Assembly (NCBI GenBank): GCA_001798185.1
Contig: MGRM01000009.1
Location: forward strand, 85,745 to 149,744
Length of the DNA: 64,000 nucleotides
DNA from: Deltaproteobacteria bacterium RIFCSPHIGHO2_02_FULL_44_16
Lineage (GTDB): Bacteria; UBA10199; 2-02-FULL-44-16
Direction: 5' to 3'
In this document: positions 54,563-64,000 of the stretch, in pieces
Position numbering within the stretch: the first letter of the stretch is position 1
Layout: each line of letters begins with the position of its first letter
Notes under the pieces: model-generated
The model's input: the letters and a program-made list of their open reading frames with translations, nothing else
Database searches by the model: none
What the model was told of the DNA's origin: nothing
Position numbers and translations under genes: made by a program

Positions 54563-56022
54563 ATGAACTCACTTCTCTGACACTTCATGAAACGCATGAC
54601 CTTCTCACCAAAGGTGAAATCTCTTCCGTTGAATTGACGAAGCAATATTTTTCGAGAATCGAAAAATATGACACCACACTCCACTGCTATCTTACATTAT
54701 CTGCGGAAGCAGCACTCCAGCAAGCAGAAGCATCTGATCAACGTCTCAAAAGGAAAAGAGAGCTGACCCCCTTCACCGGAATCCCCCTCGGTCTCAAAGA
54801 TATTTTCGTCACCAAAGGGATTCGCACCACTTGTGCTTCAAAAATTTTAGAGAACTATGTTCCCCCCTATTCTGGAACGATTGTTGAAAAACTCGATCAG
54901 GCAGGAGCTATCCTCCTGGGAAAATTGAATATGGACGAGTTTGCCATGGGATCATCAAATGAACACTCGGCCTTTGGAACTACGTTGAATCCATGGAACC
55001 CCTTCGTTATTCCAGGAGGATCCAGTGGCGGCAGCGCTGCTGCGGTCGCTGCAGATCTCTGCACGGCTTCTCTCGGTACTGACACTGGTGGTTCCATTCG
55101 TCAGCCCGCGGCAATGTGCGGTATTGTGGGACTGAAACCGACCTATGGTCGCGTCTCGCGTTACGGCATTATCGCGTTTGCGTCATCTCTTGATCAACTT
55201 GGTCCTATGACTAAAGATGTCACGGATGCAGCACTCATGATGAATCTGATTGCAGGGAGAGATGAACGCGATGCGACATCTCTTGATGCTCCGGTTCCAG
55301 ATTATACGAAAAATCTTTCCCAAGGGATCAAAGGAATGCGCCTTGGCATTCCGAAAGAATATTTTGTGAAAGGAATTGATCCTGAAGTCGAAGCAGCTGT
55401 AAAAGCAGCCATTCAACAACTTTCTGAACTCGGTGCAAGCATTGAAGAGGTGACACTTCCGCATACCGAGTACGCAATTCCTGCCTACTATATTATTGCT
55501 CCTGCTGAAGCCTCTTCGAATCTCGCGCGCTACGATGGCGTTCGATATGGAGTGCGGAGCAACGAAGCACACGACCTTCTCGAACTTTACGAAAAAACGC
55601 GCTCTGAAGCTTTTGGTCCAGAAGTCACGCTTCGCATTATGATCGGGACGTACGTCCTTTCATCCGGTTATTATGATGCCTATTATCGTAAGGCGCAGAA
55701 AGTTCGGACTCTTATTGCGCAGGATTTTACAAACGTCTTTCAACAGGTCGATGCGCTGGTGACGCCAACAGCACCGACGGCTGCATTTAAAATTGGAGAA
55801 AAAACAGAAGATCCACTAAAAATGTATCTCAATGATATCTTTACCTGTCCGGTGAATCTTGCGGGACTTCCGGCAATATCGGTACCATGTGGTTTTACCA
55901 ACGCGAAGCTCCCGATCGGACTTCAATTGATTGGAAAACCTCTTGATGAAGCAACCCTGCTCCGCGTTGCATATACGTATGAACAATCAACGCCGTGGCA
56001 TAAACAAAAACCGACGCTATGA
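54559..56022 (+). CDS. gatA: Glu-tRNA(Gln) amidotransferase subunit A (amidase)
   Basis: Amidase signature '[13 protein letters not shown]…[13 protein letters not shown]'; 487 aa. Confidence 0.9.
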   Translation: MNELTSLTLHETHDLLTKGEISSVELTKQYFSRIEKYDTTLHCYLTLSAEAALQQAEASDQRLKRKRELTPFTGIPLGLKDIFVTKGIRTTCASKILENYVPPYSGTIVEKLDQAGAILLGKLNMDEFAMGSSNEHSAFGTTLNPWNPFVIPGGSSGGSAAAVAADLCTASLGTDTGGSIRQPAAMCGIVGLKPTYGRVSRYGIIAFASSLDQLGPMTKDVTDAALMMNLIAGRDERDATSLDAPVPDYTKNLSQGIKGMRLGIPKEYFVKGIDPEVEAAVKAAIQQLSELGASIEEVTLPHTEYAIPAYYIIAPAEASSNLARYDGVRYGVRSNEAHDLLELYEKTRSEAFGPEVTLRIMIGTYVLSSGYYDAYYRKAQKVRTLIAQDFTNVFQQVDALVTPTAPTAAFKIGEKTEDPLKMYLNDIFTCPVNLAGLPAISVPCGFTNAKLPIGLQLIGKPLDEATLLRVAYTYEQSTPWHKQKPTL

Positions 56023-56032
56023 CCAATGACTC

Positions 56033-56179
56033 TTCCAAACTGGTTCACATTTTCTCTCGGGGTACAGACGCTTCGGTTACGCTCCTCGCGTCTTCTGTTT
56101 CCATCGGCGCGATTGATCGAATTGCATTGACGCGCCTCAGTCAAATGCCCCCTGCGAGAAAATCTTCACCAGTTTGGTC
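56033..56179 (+). mobile_element. MITE family 2, copy 4, in the gatA-gatB spacer
   Basis: ccaaactggttcacattttctctcggggtacagacgcttcggttacgctcctcgcgtcttc…ccccctgcgagaaaatcttcaccagtttggtc. Confidence 0.7.
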
Positions 56180-56215
56180 CATCGTCAATAGTCCATGGTC
56201 AATGGTCGATTGTTT

Positions 56216-57637
56216 ATGACAACTTACGAAGCCATCATTGGATTAGAAGTCCACGCTCAGCTCAAAACAGCGAGCAAAATGTTTTGTGGCTGTGCCACTT
56301 CATTTGGGAATCCACCTAATAGCAACATTTGCCCGGTGTGCATGGCACATCCAGGCACTCTTCCGACGGTGAATAAACGAGCTATTGAAATGGCAATCAA
56401 AGCAGGACTTGCTGTTGGATCCAATATCCAGGAAAAGAGCATCTTCGCTCGAAAAAATTATTTTTATCCTGATCTCAGCAAAGGTTATCAAATTTCCCAA
56501 TATGAGTTCCCTCTTTGCCTCGGCGGGGCTATCGCGCTTTCCACTAAAACTGTCTCTATCATTCGCATTCATCTCGAAGAAGACGCGGGAAAACTGACGC
56601 ATGATCTTGGCCATCCCGATAAAAGTCATGTCGATTTTAATCGGTGTGGCGCTCCCCTGATCGAAATCGTCTCTGGGCCTGACATGCGCACGCCAGAAGA
56701 GGCGGGAGAATATTTACGAAAACTCCGCACGCTTCTTGTCTATCTCGATGTCTGTGAAGGCAATATGCAAGAAGGGAACTTGCGTTGCGATGCCAATGTT
56801 TCAATTCGTCCACTCGGAGAAGAAAAATTTGGAACTCGAACTGAAATGAAAAATTTAAATTCCTTTCGTGCTGTAGAACGCAGCATTGCCCATGAAATTG
56901 GACGCCAAACACAAATGATTCAAGAAGGAAAAAAAATTATCCAAGAGACACGTCTTTGGGATGAACAAGCTGGCGTCACAAAACCGATGCGGGGAAAAGA
57001 AGAGGCGCACGACTATCGTTATTTTCCTGACCCCGATCTTTTACCTCTTATCGTCGAAAAATCGTGGATAGAAAACGTGCGCAGCACTCTGCCCGAACTT
57101 CCAGATGCAAAACAAAAACGTTTTGTCACAGATTACGGCATTCCTGAATATGATGCCGAAGTGCTCACCGCAGAAAAGGAATTGGCACATTATTATGAAG
57201 CCTGCATCGCTGTTCATGCTTCCCCAAAAATGATTTCAAATTGGATGATGACCGAACTGCTGCGAGAGCTAAAAAACGAAAATATTTCCATTACGAAATG
57301 CAAGATCACACCAGAACAGCTCGCCACTCTTGTGAAACTGATCGATGAAGGAACGATTTCGGGGAAAATTGCGAAAGATGTTTTCGCGGAGATGTACAGA
57401 TCGGGGAAAGATCCGACGAAAATTATCGAAGAAAAAGGATTGAAACTGGTAAGCGACACCGGAGAACTGGAATCAATTATTGAACGTGTCCTTGCGAACA
57501 ACACAAAACAAGTGGAACAATATCGCTCCGGAAAAACCGCTGTCTTCGGCTTCCTCGTCGGTCAAGTCATGAAGGAAACCAAAGGCCAAGCAAATCCAAA
57601 TGTGGTGAATGACTTGTTGAAAAGGAAATTAGCATGA
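56216..57637 (+). CDS. gatB: Glu-tRNA(Gln) amidotransferase subunit B (start corrected to MTTYEAIIGLEVH)
   Basis: Canonical GatB N-terminus 'YEAIIGLEVHAQL' and GatB/YqeY C-terminal domain. Confidence 0.9.
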   Translation: MTTYEAIIGLEVHAQLKTASKMFCGCATSFGNPPNSNICPVCMAHPGTLPTVNKRAIEMAIKAGLAVGSNIQEKSIFARKNYFYPDLSKGYQISQYEFPLCLGGAIALSTKTVSIIRIHLEEDAGKLTHDLGHPDKSHVDFNRCGAPLIEIVSGPDMRTPEEAGEYLRKLRTLLVYLDVCEGNMQEGNLRCDANVSIRPLGEEKFGTRTEMKNLNSFRAVERSIAHEIGRQTQMIQEGKKIIQETRLWDEQAGVTKPMRGKEEAHDYRYFPDPDLLPLIVEKSWIENVRSTLPELPDAKQKRFVTDYGIPEYDAEVLTAEKELAHYYEACIAVHASPKMISNWMMTELLRELKNENISITKCKITPEQLATLVKLIDEGTISGKIAKDVFAEMYRSGKDPTKIIEEKGLKLVSDTGELESIIERVLANNTKQVEQYRSGKTAVFGFLVGQVMKETKGQANPNVVNDLLKRKLA

Positions 57638-58668
57638 ACCTTATCAAAACTCTTCAATGGAAAGATGACAAAGTGATTTTACTCGATCAGCGGAAGCTCC
57701 CGCATGAAGAAATTTATGTGGTCTGTGAAGATTATGAAAGTGTGGCACAAGCCATTGAACAGATGATCGTACGTGGCGCCCCTGCAATCGGCGTTGCAGC
57801 GGCCATGGGAGTAGCACTTGGTGCCATGGGGATCGGCGTTTTATCGAAAGAAATCTTCTTTCAAAAATTAAGCGGGATTTGTGAACGACTCACAAAAACG
57901 CGACCAACCGCAATCAATCTTTTTTGGGGTATCGAACGAATGAGAGCTATCGCTCTTTCTTTATCAGATCCTTCCATCGATCAACTCATTTTGGCACTCA
58001 AAAATGAAGCGCTGAAAATTTATCACGAAGATATTGAATCGGGTCAGCGCATTGGAAAATTTGGGGCTTCACTTCTGCATGATGGAGATACGGTGCTCAC
58101 GCATTGCAATGCCGGCGGACTTGCAACAGCCGGCTATGGAACTGCACTCGGAGTCATCTATGCCGCAGCTGATGCCGGAAAAACAATTCATGTGATTGCT
58201 GATGAAACCCGACCTCGTTTACAAGGGGCAAGCCTCACCGCATGGGAACTTCAGAAACATGGCATTGATGTCACGGTCATTAGTGACAACATGGCCGCAA
58301 GTCTCATGCGTGCGAAAAAAATCGACAACGTGATTGTGGGTGCTGATCGCATCGCCGCAAATGGGGATACAGCGAATAAAATCGGAACCTATGGTGTGGC
58401 GGTGCTTGCGTCTTATCACAAAATTCCTTTTTATGTAGCTGCCCCTTTTTCGACGATTGACCTGACAATCTCTGACGGATCACAAATACCGATTGAAGAA
58501 CGTGATCATCGCGAAGTAACCCATATTGGACACACACAAATTACTCCAACGCTTGTGAATGTGATCAATCCATCATTTGATGTCACTCCTCACACACTCA
58601 TTACTGCAATCATCACTGACCGTGGAATTGTAGAAGCACCATATCAAGAAACAATAAGAAACATCTGA
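57634..58668 (+). CDS. mtnA: S-methyl-5-thioribose-1-phosphate isomerase (eIF-2B alpha/beta/delta-like family)
   Basis: '…VIVGADRIAANGDTANKIGTY…' eIF-2B-like isomerase signature; 344 aa. ATGA-coupled to gatB. Confidence 0.7.
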   Translation: MNLIKTLQWKDDKVILLDQRKLPHEEIYVVCEDYESVAQAIEQMIVRGAPAIGVAAAMGVALGAMGIGVLSKEIFFQKLSGICERLTKTRPTAINLFWGIERMRAIALSLSDPSIDQLILALKNEALKIYHEDIESGQRIGKFGASLLHDGDTVLTHCNAGGLATAGYGTALGVIYAAADAGKTIHVIADETRPRLQGASLTAWELQKHGIDVTVISDNMAASLMRAKKIDNVIVGADRIAANGDTANKIGTYGVAVLASYHKIPFYVAAPFSTIDLTISDGSQIPIEERDHREVTHIGHTQITPTLVNVINPSFDVTPHTLITAIITDRGIVEAPYQETIRNI

Positions 58669-58740
58669 ACTGGTCGCAAATTGTGACCGGTTAAGCAAAA
58701 TTAAGTTGCATCAGGACAAGTGTTTTTGTAGCTATTTCGT

Positions 58741-58785
58741 GCGCCAGACTTCGGTTTTTTCCCGAAGCTGGCGTTTTTTGTTTTG
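58741..58785 (+). terminator. Rho-independent terminator after mtnA
   Basis: gcgccagacttcgg-ttttttc-ccgaagctggcg followed by ttttttgtttt. Confidence 0.5.
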
Positions 58786-58861
58786 AAGTTCAAAAAACAT
58801 ATATTTTTCAATTAGTTACAATCTTGATATCGCAAACTGCGATACCAAGTTGGGAGGAACA

Positions 58862-59395
58862 ATGAAAAATACCAGCCTGATTCCAATCAATGTCATTGCA
58901 AATCAAATCTACCTGATCCGCGGCACGAAAGTAATGTTGGATAAAGATTTAGCCAAACTTTATGGTGTAAAAACATTTCACCTCAATGAGGCAGTAAAGC
59001 GTAATATGGAACGCTTCCCCCTCAATTTTATGTTTCGGCTTACAGAAGCGGAGTTTGGAGAAATACGCGGTTCCGGATGGGGCGGCAGACGCACTCTTCC
59101 ATACGCATTCACCGAACAAGGGGTTTCAATGCTTTCGAGTGTTCTTCGGAGTAAACGAGCAATTCAGGTCAACATTGCGATTATGAACACTTTCGTTCGA
59201 TTACGACAAATGATTGCATCCCACGAAGATATTGTTCATAAAATCGATGCCATGGAGAAAAAATACGATTCGCAATTTAAAGTTGTTTTTGATGCTCTTC
59301 GTCAGATGATGCTTCCAGCAAAAACGAAAGACAAATCGATTGGATTTGAGTTGAAGAAAAAAGAGCAAAAACAAAACCCGCTACGGGTGAGGTAG
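58862..59395 (+). CDS. ORF6N-domain protein (phage-type DNA-binding/antirepressor-like)
   Basis: 'NQIYLIRGTKVMLDKDLAKLYGVKTFHLNEAVKRNMERFP…FMFRLTEAE' ORF6N signature. GGGAGG RBS. Confidence 0.6.
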   Translation: MKNTSLIPINVIANQIYLIRGTKVMLDKDLAKLYGVKTFHLNEAVKRNMERFPLNFMFRLTEAEFGEIRGSGWGGRRTLPYAFTEQGVSMLSSVLRSKRAIQVNIAIMNTFVRLRQMIASHEDIVHKIDAMEKKYDSQFKVVFDALRQMMLPAKTKDKSIGFELKKKEQKQNPLRVR

Positions 59396-59440
59396 CGGGC
59401 TCGAGGAAAAGGAGAGGATATGATCCTCCCGAGGATTTCG

Positions 59441-59779
59441 TTAGTTCATCGATTCTTTTTGCTTCACGAGATACAAAACATTTTGCGGCTTTCGTCCTGC
59501 AACCACTTTGACCGGCGCTTGATCATTCGGCGTAGTTAAAATGTGATACAAAAGATGTTTCGCTTTCTGGTGCGCGTACGGAATATAAATACCGCCACAG
59601 GAAAGAATGAGTGGATTTTTGGTGGAAAGTTCTTTTGAGTCTTGATCCATCACCTCTTTGAGAATCAACTCTCCACATCCTTGCTTTGCCTCTTGATCCC
59701 GTTTCATGTTTCCCCCTTGGGCACAATGCCAAGAAGAGCAAAGAATATGCCAAGAGAGAAAGAGAACTCCTTCGATCAC
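59441..59779 (-). CDS. Hypothetical small protein
   Basis: 112 aa ORF downstream of uvrC; no recognisable motif. Confidence 0.25.
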   Translation of the reverse strand: MIEGVLFLSWHILCSSWHCAQGGNMKRDQEAKQGCGELILKEVMDQDSKELSTKNPLILSCGGIYIPYAHQKAKHLLYHILTTPNDQAPVKVVAGRKPQNVLYLVKQKESMN

Positions 59780-59887
59780 AAACCTACTGAATTTTCAGGA
59801 TAATTTTCTCTTTTATCGCGAAGTTCTTAAAAGAGAATTGACGAAGCGTGTGATTTCCAACCCAGAAACGTCAATCCTTCGACTTAC

Positions 59888-61552
59888 TCAGGATGAACTC
59901 GTCGCTTTGTCGGTGAGCATTTTTCGGGTCCGTTGCTTGCGGTGAGTTTTGAGTCCAAAGCGATGAGCTTCGTCCCGAATCCGCATCAAATACAAAAGTT
60001 CTTTACTCCCTTTCTTGAACGTCACCGGATTTTTTCGCAGAGGAATATAAATCTGATCGCTTTCTCTCTCCTCTTTTGCTTTGGCAATAGCCGCAACCGA
60101 AAGTCCTGTCACGCCAATCTCTTCCAACGCACGAAGCGCAACAGCAAGTTGTCCTTTGCCACCATCAATAAGAAGAATATCTGGAAATGGTAGGGACAGG
60201 CCACTCGCCTCTACACCAAATCGGCGTTTCAGCACTTCCATCATCATCCCATAGTCATCCGGAGTATTGAGACTGCGGATCGTGTAGAGACGATAGCGAT
60301 TTTTTTGAGGCTCTCCATCCACAAAACAGACAAGAGAACCGACTGCTTCGCGTCCTGAAAGATTGGAAATATCGACACACTCCACAACACGAGGGATGTT
60401 TGAAAGCCCCAATTTTTGTGCAAGTTGCGAAAGAATCTCTTCGATCCCCTCTTTTTTCTCGCGCAACCGCTTGAGTTCTTCCTGAGCATTTCTTTCAGCG
60501 AGGAGCACCATATCGCGCTTGAGTCCGCGCTTCGGCGTTATCAGTCGCACAGCTCTTCCACTTTTTTCTCTCAAAAGTTCTTCTCCAGCCTGTTGGCCTT
60601 CGAAAGAAAAGGGAATCAGAATTTCCGGGGGAATGTCAGAACGCTTCAAATAATGTTGGACCAAAAAATCAGAGAGAAGATCGTCGTCTTCGCTTTTGAT
60701 ATGGTGAAAACGATACTGCAAGCGATCAAGCAAAGCTCCATGACGAACCATCAAAAGACAAAGCGAAACATCATCTCCGACTCTTGCAAAAGAGATTGCA
60801 TCGTAATCTCCACCGCCGTGCACGACCACCTTCTGTTTTGCGTTCAGTCCTTCGAGAAGAAACAGAGCATCGCGCATCCGTGCTGCTTCTTCAAAATGAG
60901 CTTGGAGCGAAGCTTCATCCATTCTCTCTTTCAGACGATGCAGTAACTCACGACTTCTGCCACGCAAAAAAAGGACGGCGTCCTCTACTTGATGGGCATA
61001 CGCTTCCTTTGAAACCAATTTCACACAGGGAGCAGTGCAACGGCCGATATCATATTTTAAACAGGGACGAACACGATTGGAAAACTCACGATCGGTACAC
61101 GTTCGCACACGGAAAAAACGGGTGATCTGATCAACCGCTTCTCGCGCGCCAGCGGCAGATGCGTACGGTCCAAAATAACTCGCTCCATCTTTGATCACGC
61201 GACGAGTCGTCGCAATTCCGGGAGAAGAATGTTCGAGACCGATACGAATACTGATGTAATTTTTGTCATCGCGAAGATCGATGTTGTAATGAGGCCGATG
61301 TTGCTTAATCAGCGTATTTTCAAGGAGCAGCGCCTCTTTTTCTGTATCCGTCACGATAAATTCGAGCTGCGAAGCTTTTTTGAGAAGAAACGAAATTTGA
61401 GTGCGATCATCTTTTCCAAAAAAATAAGCCTGAATTCTTTTTTTGAGATTCTTCGCCTTCCCCACATAGAGCATCTCGTTTTTCTTCCCTTTAAAAAGAT
61501 AAACTCCCGGAGATGTCGGAAAGGTGCGGGCTTGTTCTGTGAGAGACTTCAT
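59888..61552 (-). CDS. uvrC: Excinuclease ABC subunit C
   Basis: N-terminal GIY-YIG ('PTSPGVYLFKGKKNEMLYVGKAKNLKKR'), UvrBC-interaction region, C-terminal RNase H-like/HhH. Confidence 0.85.
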   Translation of the reverse strand: MKSLTEQARTFPTSPGVYLFKGKKNEMLYVGKAKNLKKRIQAYFFGKDDRTQISFLLKKASQLEFIVTDTEKEALLLENTLIKQHRPHYNIDLRDDKNYISIRIGLEHSSPGIATTRRVIKDGASYFGPYASAAGAREAVDQITRFFRVRTCTDREFSNRVRPCLKYDIGRCTAPCVKLVSKEAYAHQVEDAVLFLRGRSRELLHRLKERMDEASLQAHFEEAARMRDALFLLEGLNAKQKVVVHGGGDYDAISFARVGDDVSLCLLMVRHGALLDRLQYRFHHIKSEDDDLLSDFLVQHYLKRSDIPPEILIPFSFEGQQAGEELLREKSGRAVRLITPKRGLKRDMVLLAERNAQEELKRLREKKEGIEEILSQLAQKLGLSNIPRVVECVDISNLSGREAVGSLVCFVDGEPQKNRYRLYTIRSLNTPDDYGMMMEVLKRRFGVEASGLSLPFPDILLIDGGKGQLAVALRALEEIGVTGLSVAAIAKAKEERESDQIYIPLRKNPVTFKKGSKELLYLMRIRDEAHRFGLKTHRKQRTRKMLTDKATSSS

Positions 61553-62343
61553 CGAGATGAGGCAATATAAGAACGTAAATATTCTTTTGCTTCAGAAGTT
61601 GCTTCGGGAAGCAAGCGTCCTTTGGCAAGTGAAGCCGCAAGCGCTGATGAAAAACGGCACCCTGTTCCTCGCGGGTTTTTTCCTGGGATACGTGCTGCAG
61701 AAAAAGGGAGAAATTGTTGACCATCGTAGAGCATATCCACAGCATCACCTTGCAGATGTCCCCCCTTAATTAAAATCGCAAGAGCAGGAGCGTTCTGAGA
61801 ACGAAATTGCATGACATGATCATAGATCACTTTTGCTGCTGTACGCATTGTTTCAAGGTTTGCGACTTGCATTCCTGCAAGCGCAGAGGCTTCCGACAAA
61901 TTAGGCGTAATGACGGTTGCCAGGGGAAAAAGTTCTTGTCGATAAAAAGCAGTTGCCTTGCTTTCAAGAAGAGCAATGCCCGAAGAGGAATGTAATATCG
62001 GATCAAGAATCACATGCGATGTTTTCAACTGTTTTAAAAACCAACTGATCACACGAATATTCGCCTGCGTTGCCACCATTCCGATCTTTACCGCATCGGG
62101 AATCTGTTTCTTACATGCTGTAGAGAGCTGCTGACTTAAAATGTCCGCTGGAGTCGGATGAATCGCAATGACCGCTTGGTCTGTCTGTGCCGTGATTGCC
62201 GTGATCGCAGAAATACCGCGCACACCACAATCCGAAAGCGTTTTGAGATCTGCCTGCACTCCTGCTCCTCCAGAAGGATCACTTCCAGCAATCGCAAGAA
62301 CCACTTTTTTTTCAGGAGATGAGGTCATATGCATGAGCTTCAT
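61549..62343 (-). CDS. thiD: Hydroxymethylpyrimidine/phosphomethylpyrimidine kinase
   Basis: 'LAIAGSDPSGGAGVQADLKT' ribokinase-like ThiD motif; overlaps the uvrC start. Confidence 0.75.
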   Translation of the reverse strand: MKLMHMTSSPEKKVVLAIAGSDPSGGAGVQADLKTLSDCGVRGISAITAITAQTDQAVIAIHPTPADILSQQLSTACKKQIPDAVKIGMVATQANIRVISWFLKQLKTSHVILDPILHSSSGIALLESKATAFYRQELFPLATVITPNLSEASALAGMQVANLETMRTAAKVIYDHVMQFRSQNAPALAILIKGGHLQGDAVDMLYDGQQFLPFSAARIPGKNPRGTGCRFSSALAASLAKGRLLPEATSEAKEYLRSYIASSR

Positions 62344-62849
62344 TATTTAATATCGAGTTGTTTGATCTTTGCCCGCAACGTATTGCGATGCATTCCAAGA
62401 AGCCTTGCTGCCTTGAGATGATTCCCCTCTGCCCACTGAATCGCAAGTGAAATCATCGGTCGCTCAACATGTTCGACCACCGTGCGATGAATGCCGGTGA
62501 CTTCGTGCCGTCCAAGGCGTTCAAAAAAATGCGCAAGCTTATGAAAAACAGCGTCGCCAAGGGAAAGTTCATCAAAATGGGTATTGAAAAAAGCTTCATG
62601 ATCTTGACGATAGCGAGGAGGAAAATGAAACACATCGACTTCCGCTGTCGAAGAGAGAAGGGCAGCGGTAAAAATCAGACGACGAAGTTCATCCTCCTTG
62701 CTTTCATCAAAGGTGCGACGCTCAATCCATTCTTTTGCTTTTTCCGAAAAATATTTTTGTGGCAGAGAAAGAAGAAAACAACATTCGTGAAGATACATTT
62801 CGGCAGATGCAATTTTTTCTTTCACCTTTTCTGATCCGTTTGAGTTCAT
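62343..62849 (-). CDS. Fis-family helix-turn-helix DNA-binding protein
   Basis: C-terminal '…NHLKAARLLGMHRNTLRAKIKQL' Fis-type HTH. Confidence 0.45.
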   Translation of the reverse strand: MNSNGSEKVKEKIASAEMYLHECCFLLSLPQKYFSEKAKEWIERRTFDESKEDELRRLIFTAALLSSTAEVDVFHFPPRYRQDHEAFFNTHFDELSLGDAVFHKLAHFFERLGRHEVTGIHRTVVEHVERPMISLAIQWAEGNHLKAARLLGMHRNTLRAKIKQLDIK

Positions 62850-62940
62850 GCGAAAGCACTACTATCTTTTTGCTTCATGATTGCAAGCCTTGAATCATGA
62901 TGTTAGAATCCACCTCACAAATGTCTTTTGATCATTTGTT

Positions 62941-63010
62941 GTCATCCCTGCGAAGGCAGGGATCCAGTGTTTTTGATGCTTTCTGGATTCCCGCCTCCGC
63001 GGGAATGACA
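62941..63010. repeat. Hairpin-pair palindromic repeat element (family 1), copy E
   Basis: gtcatccctgcgaaggcagggatccagtgtttttgatgctttctggattcccgcctccgcgggaatgaca; the right arm is a perfect 8 bp hairpin. Confidence 0.6.
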
Positions 63011-63049
63011 ATAAAAGTGATTTATAAGATAGCCTCTAGCACCTTTCAC

Positions 63050-64000
63050 ATGCGACAAATATTTTTCACTTTTTTTCTCTTTTTTTTCGCTCTCTTTCCC
63101 TTTTTTCTTCATGCACAAGAAAAAATTCCCGTTCACGATATTTATATCATCCATTTTATTCTTGACGGAGCAAATGCAGATTTCTTTCATCAACTTTTGG
63201 CTGATGGAAAACTTCCAACGGTTCAAAAAGAAATAGTAGAAAAAGGCATAAAATTTACAGAGGCAATTGCCTCTTTTCCGAGTGTCTCAGGAGCTAACTA
63301 TCAAAGTTTTGTCACCGGACTTTTTCCAGGTCATGCGGGTATTCCGCATCTTGAACGCTTTGATCGAGAAAAAAATAAAAACATCGGCTATCTCACTCTT
63401 TCGGGATATCGACGTATTAATGATGACCTCATCAACATGAGATCTTTTGAAACTGGCGGATCACTTCAACCATCCACTACAATTTTTGAACTTCTCAGCG
63501 GACATCCGACAGCATCGATTTACTCTTCTTTTTATCGCGGCGCTTCTTACGTCGCTCCACACTTTCTTCCCATGCGCGCAATTTGGGCGGCTTTTGTTTC
63601 AAAGCGAACCTGGTACGTTGATCTGCTCGCGATGCGAAAAGTCTTCAGACAGTTTCGAAAGCAAGAGCGTAAGCTTCCGCGTTATACCTTGGTGGGGCTT
63701 ATTGGAACTGATCTTGCCGGGCACGCCAATGGCGCACGGAGCAAAGAAGTGGAAAAAACGCTCGTGCACTTTGACACACAACTTGAGCGCTTCATCGTCC
63801 TTTTAAAAAAACGAAAGCTTTTGGACAAAACTTATATCATCATTTCATCTGATCACGGCATGCATGATACGCAAAAATATTTTGCGCTCAAAACACGGCT
63901 CGAAAAAGAACCATTCGACGATCTTCTTTTTGTAGGAGATCGGGGTGTTGCATCGAGTCAAATTTATTTCAAACAATCTCTCTCTTCAGAAAAGAGAGAG
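63050..64000 (+). CDS. Alkaline-phosphatase-superfamily phosphodiesterase/nucleotide pyrophosphatase-like protein with a signal peptide; 3' end runs off the window (unterminated, so absent from the ORF track)
   Basis: Manual translation gives MRQIFFTFFLFFFALFPFFLHAQE… with 'HFILDGANADFF', 'PSVSGANYQSFVTG' and 'IIISSDHGMHD' (AlkP/PF01663-like metal-binding motifs). No stop codon before 64000. Confidence 0.45.
   Translation, partial: MRQIFFTFFLFFFALFPFFLHAQEKIPVHDIYIIHFILDGANADFFHQLLADGKLPTVQKEIVEKGIKFTEAIASFPSVSGANYQSFVTGLFPGHAGIPHLERFDREKNKNIGYLTLSGYRRINDDLINMRSFETGGSLQPSTTIFELLSGHPTASIYSSFYRGASYVAPHFLPMRAIWAAFVSKRTWYVDLLAMRKVFRQFRKQERKLPRYTLVGLIGTDLAGHANGARSKEVEKTLVHFDTQLERFIVLLKKRKLLDKTYIIISSDHGMHDTQKYFALKTRLEKEPFDDLLFVGDRGVASSQIYFKQSLSSEKRE

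Noticed and set aside
1-64000. tRNA, rRNA, tmRNA, integrase, transposase or recombinase genes that could explain island acquisition
   Set aside because: None recognised on either strand. Intergenic regions are mostly occupied by the small repeats described above.

Overview
Bacterial chromosomal window (AT-rich, roughly 40-45% GC by eye, Gram-negative-like: OmpA, type IV pilin, prepilin peptidase). The housekeeping backbone is metH, sucA-sucB-lpdA, a DtxR-family regulator with feoA-feoB, aspS-hisS, gatCAB-mtnA and uvrC-thiD. Two accessory modules lie in the first 20 kb: an AbiEi/AbiEii pair and a HEPN/MNT pair. The main feature is an ~12 kb accessory island of mosaic composition (24.3-36.1 kb) between lpdA and the iron-uptake locus. 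It carries a HEPN-like (Rx4HG) protein, a class II Fic AMPylase and a tightly coupled four-gene operon that looks like a non-canonical restriction-modification system. That operon is a beta-class DNA methyltransferase with a ~300 aa C-terminal extension, a DUF1016/YhcG PD-(D/E)xK protein, an SF2 DEAH helicase that resembles a type III Res subunit but has no recognisable endonuclease domain, and a small PD-(D/E)xK protein. The island also holds a small HNH nuclease and a DUF4143 AAA ATPase flanked by ~70 bp direct repeats that duplicate the 5' end of a TM0106-type RecB/Cas4-like nuclease gene. The window is scattered with two small-repeat families. One is a ~147 bp MITE with GACCAAACTG terminal inverted repeats (4 copies, all in operon intergenic spacers, which inflate ORF N-termini in the track). 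The other is a ~64-70 bp hairpin-pair element built on GTCATTCCCGCGAAAGCGGGAATC (at least 5 copies). GC-rich palindromic segments are inserted in frame in hemW, sucB (twice), metH and feoB. A 1476 aa Calx-beta/FG-GAP surface protein carries three near-identical 333 bp tandem repeats. No rRNA, tRNA, CRISPR array, integrase or transposase was seen. All coordinates taken from reading the raw sequence are approximate to +/-2 bp.
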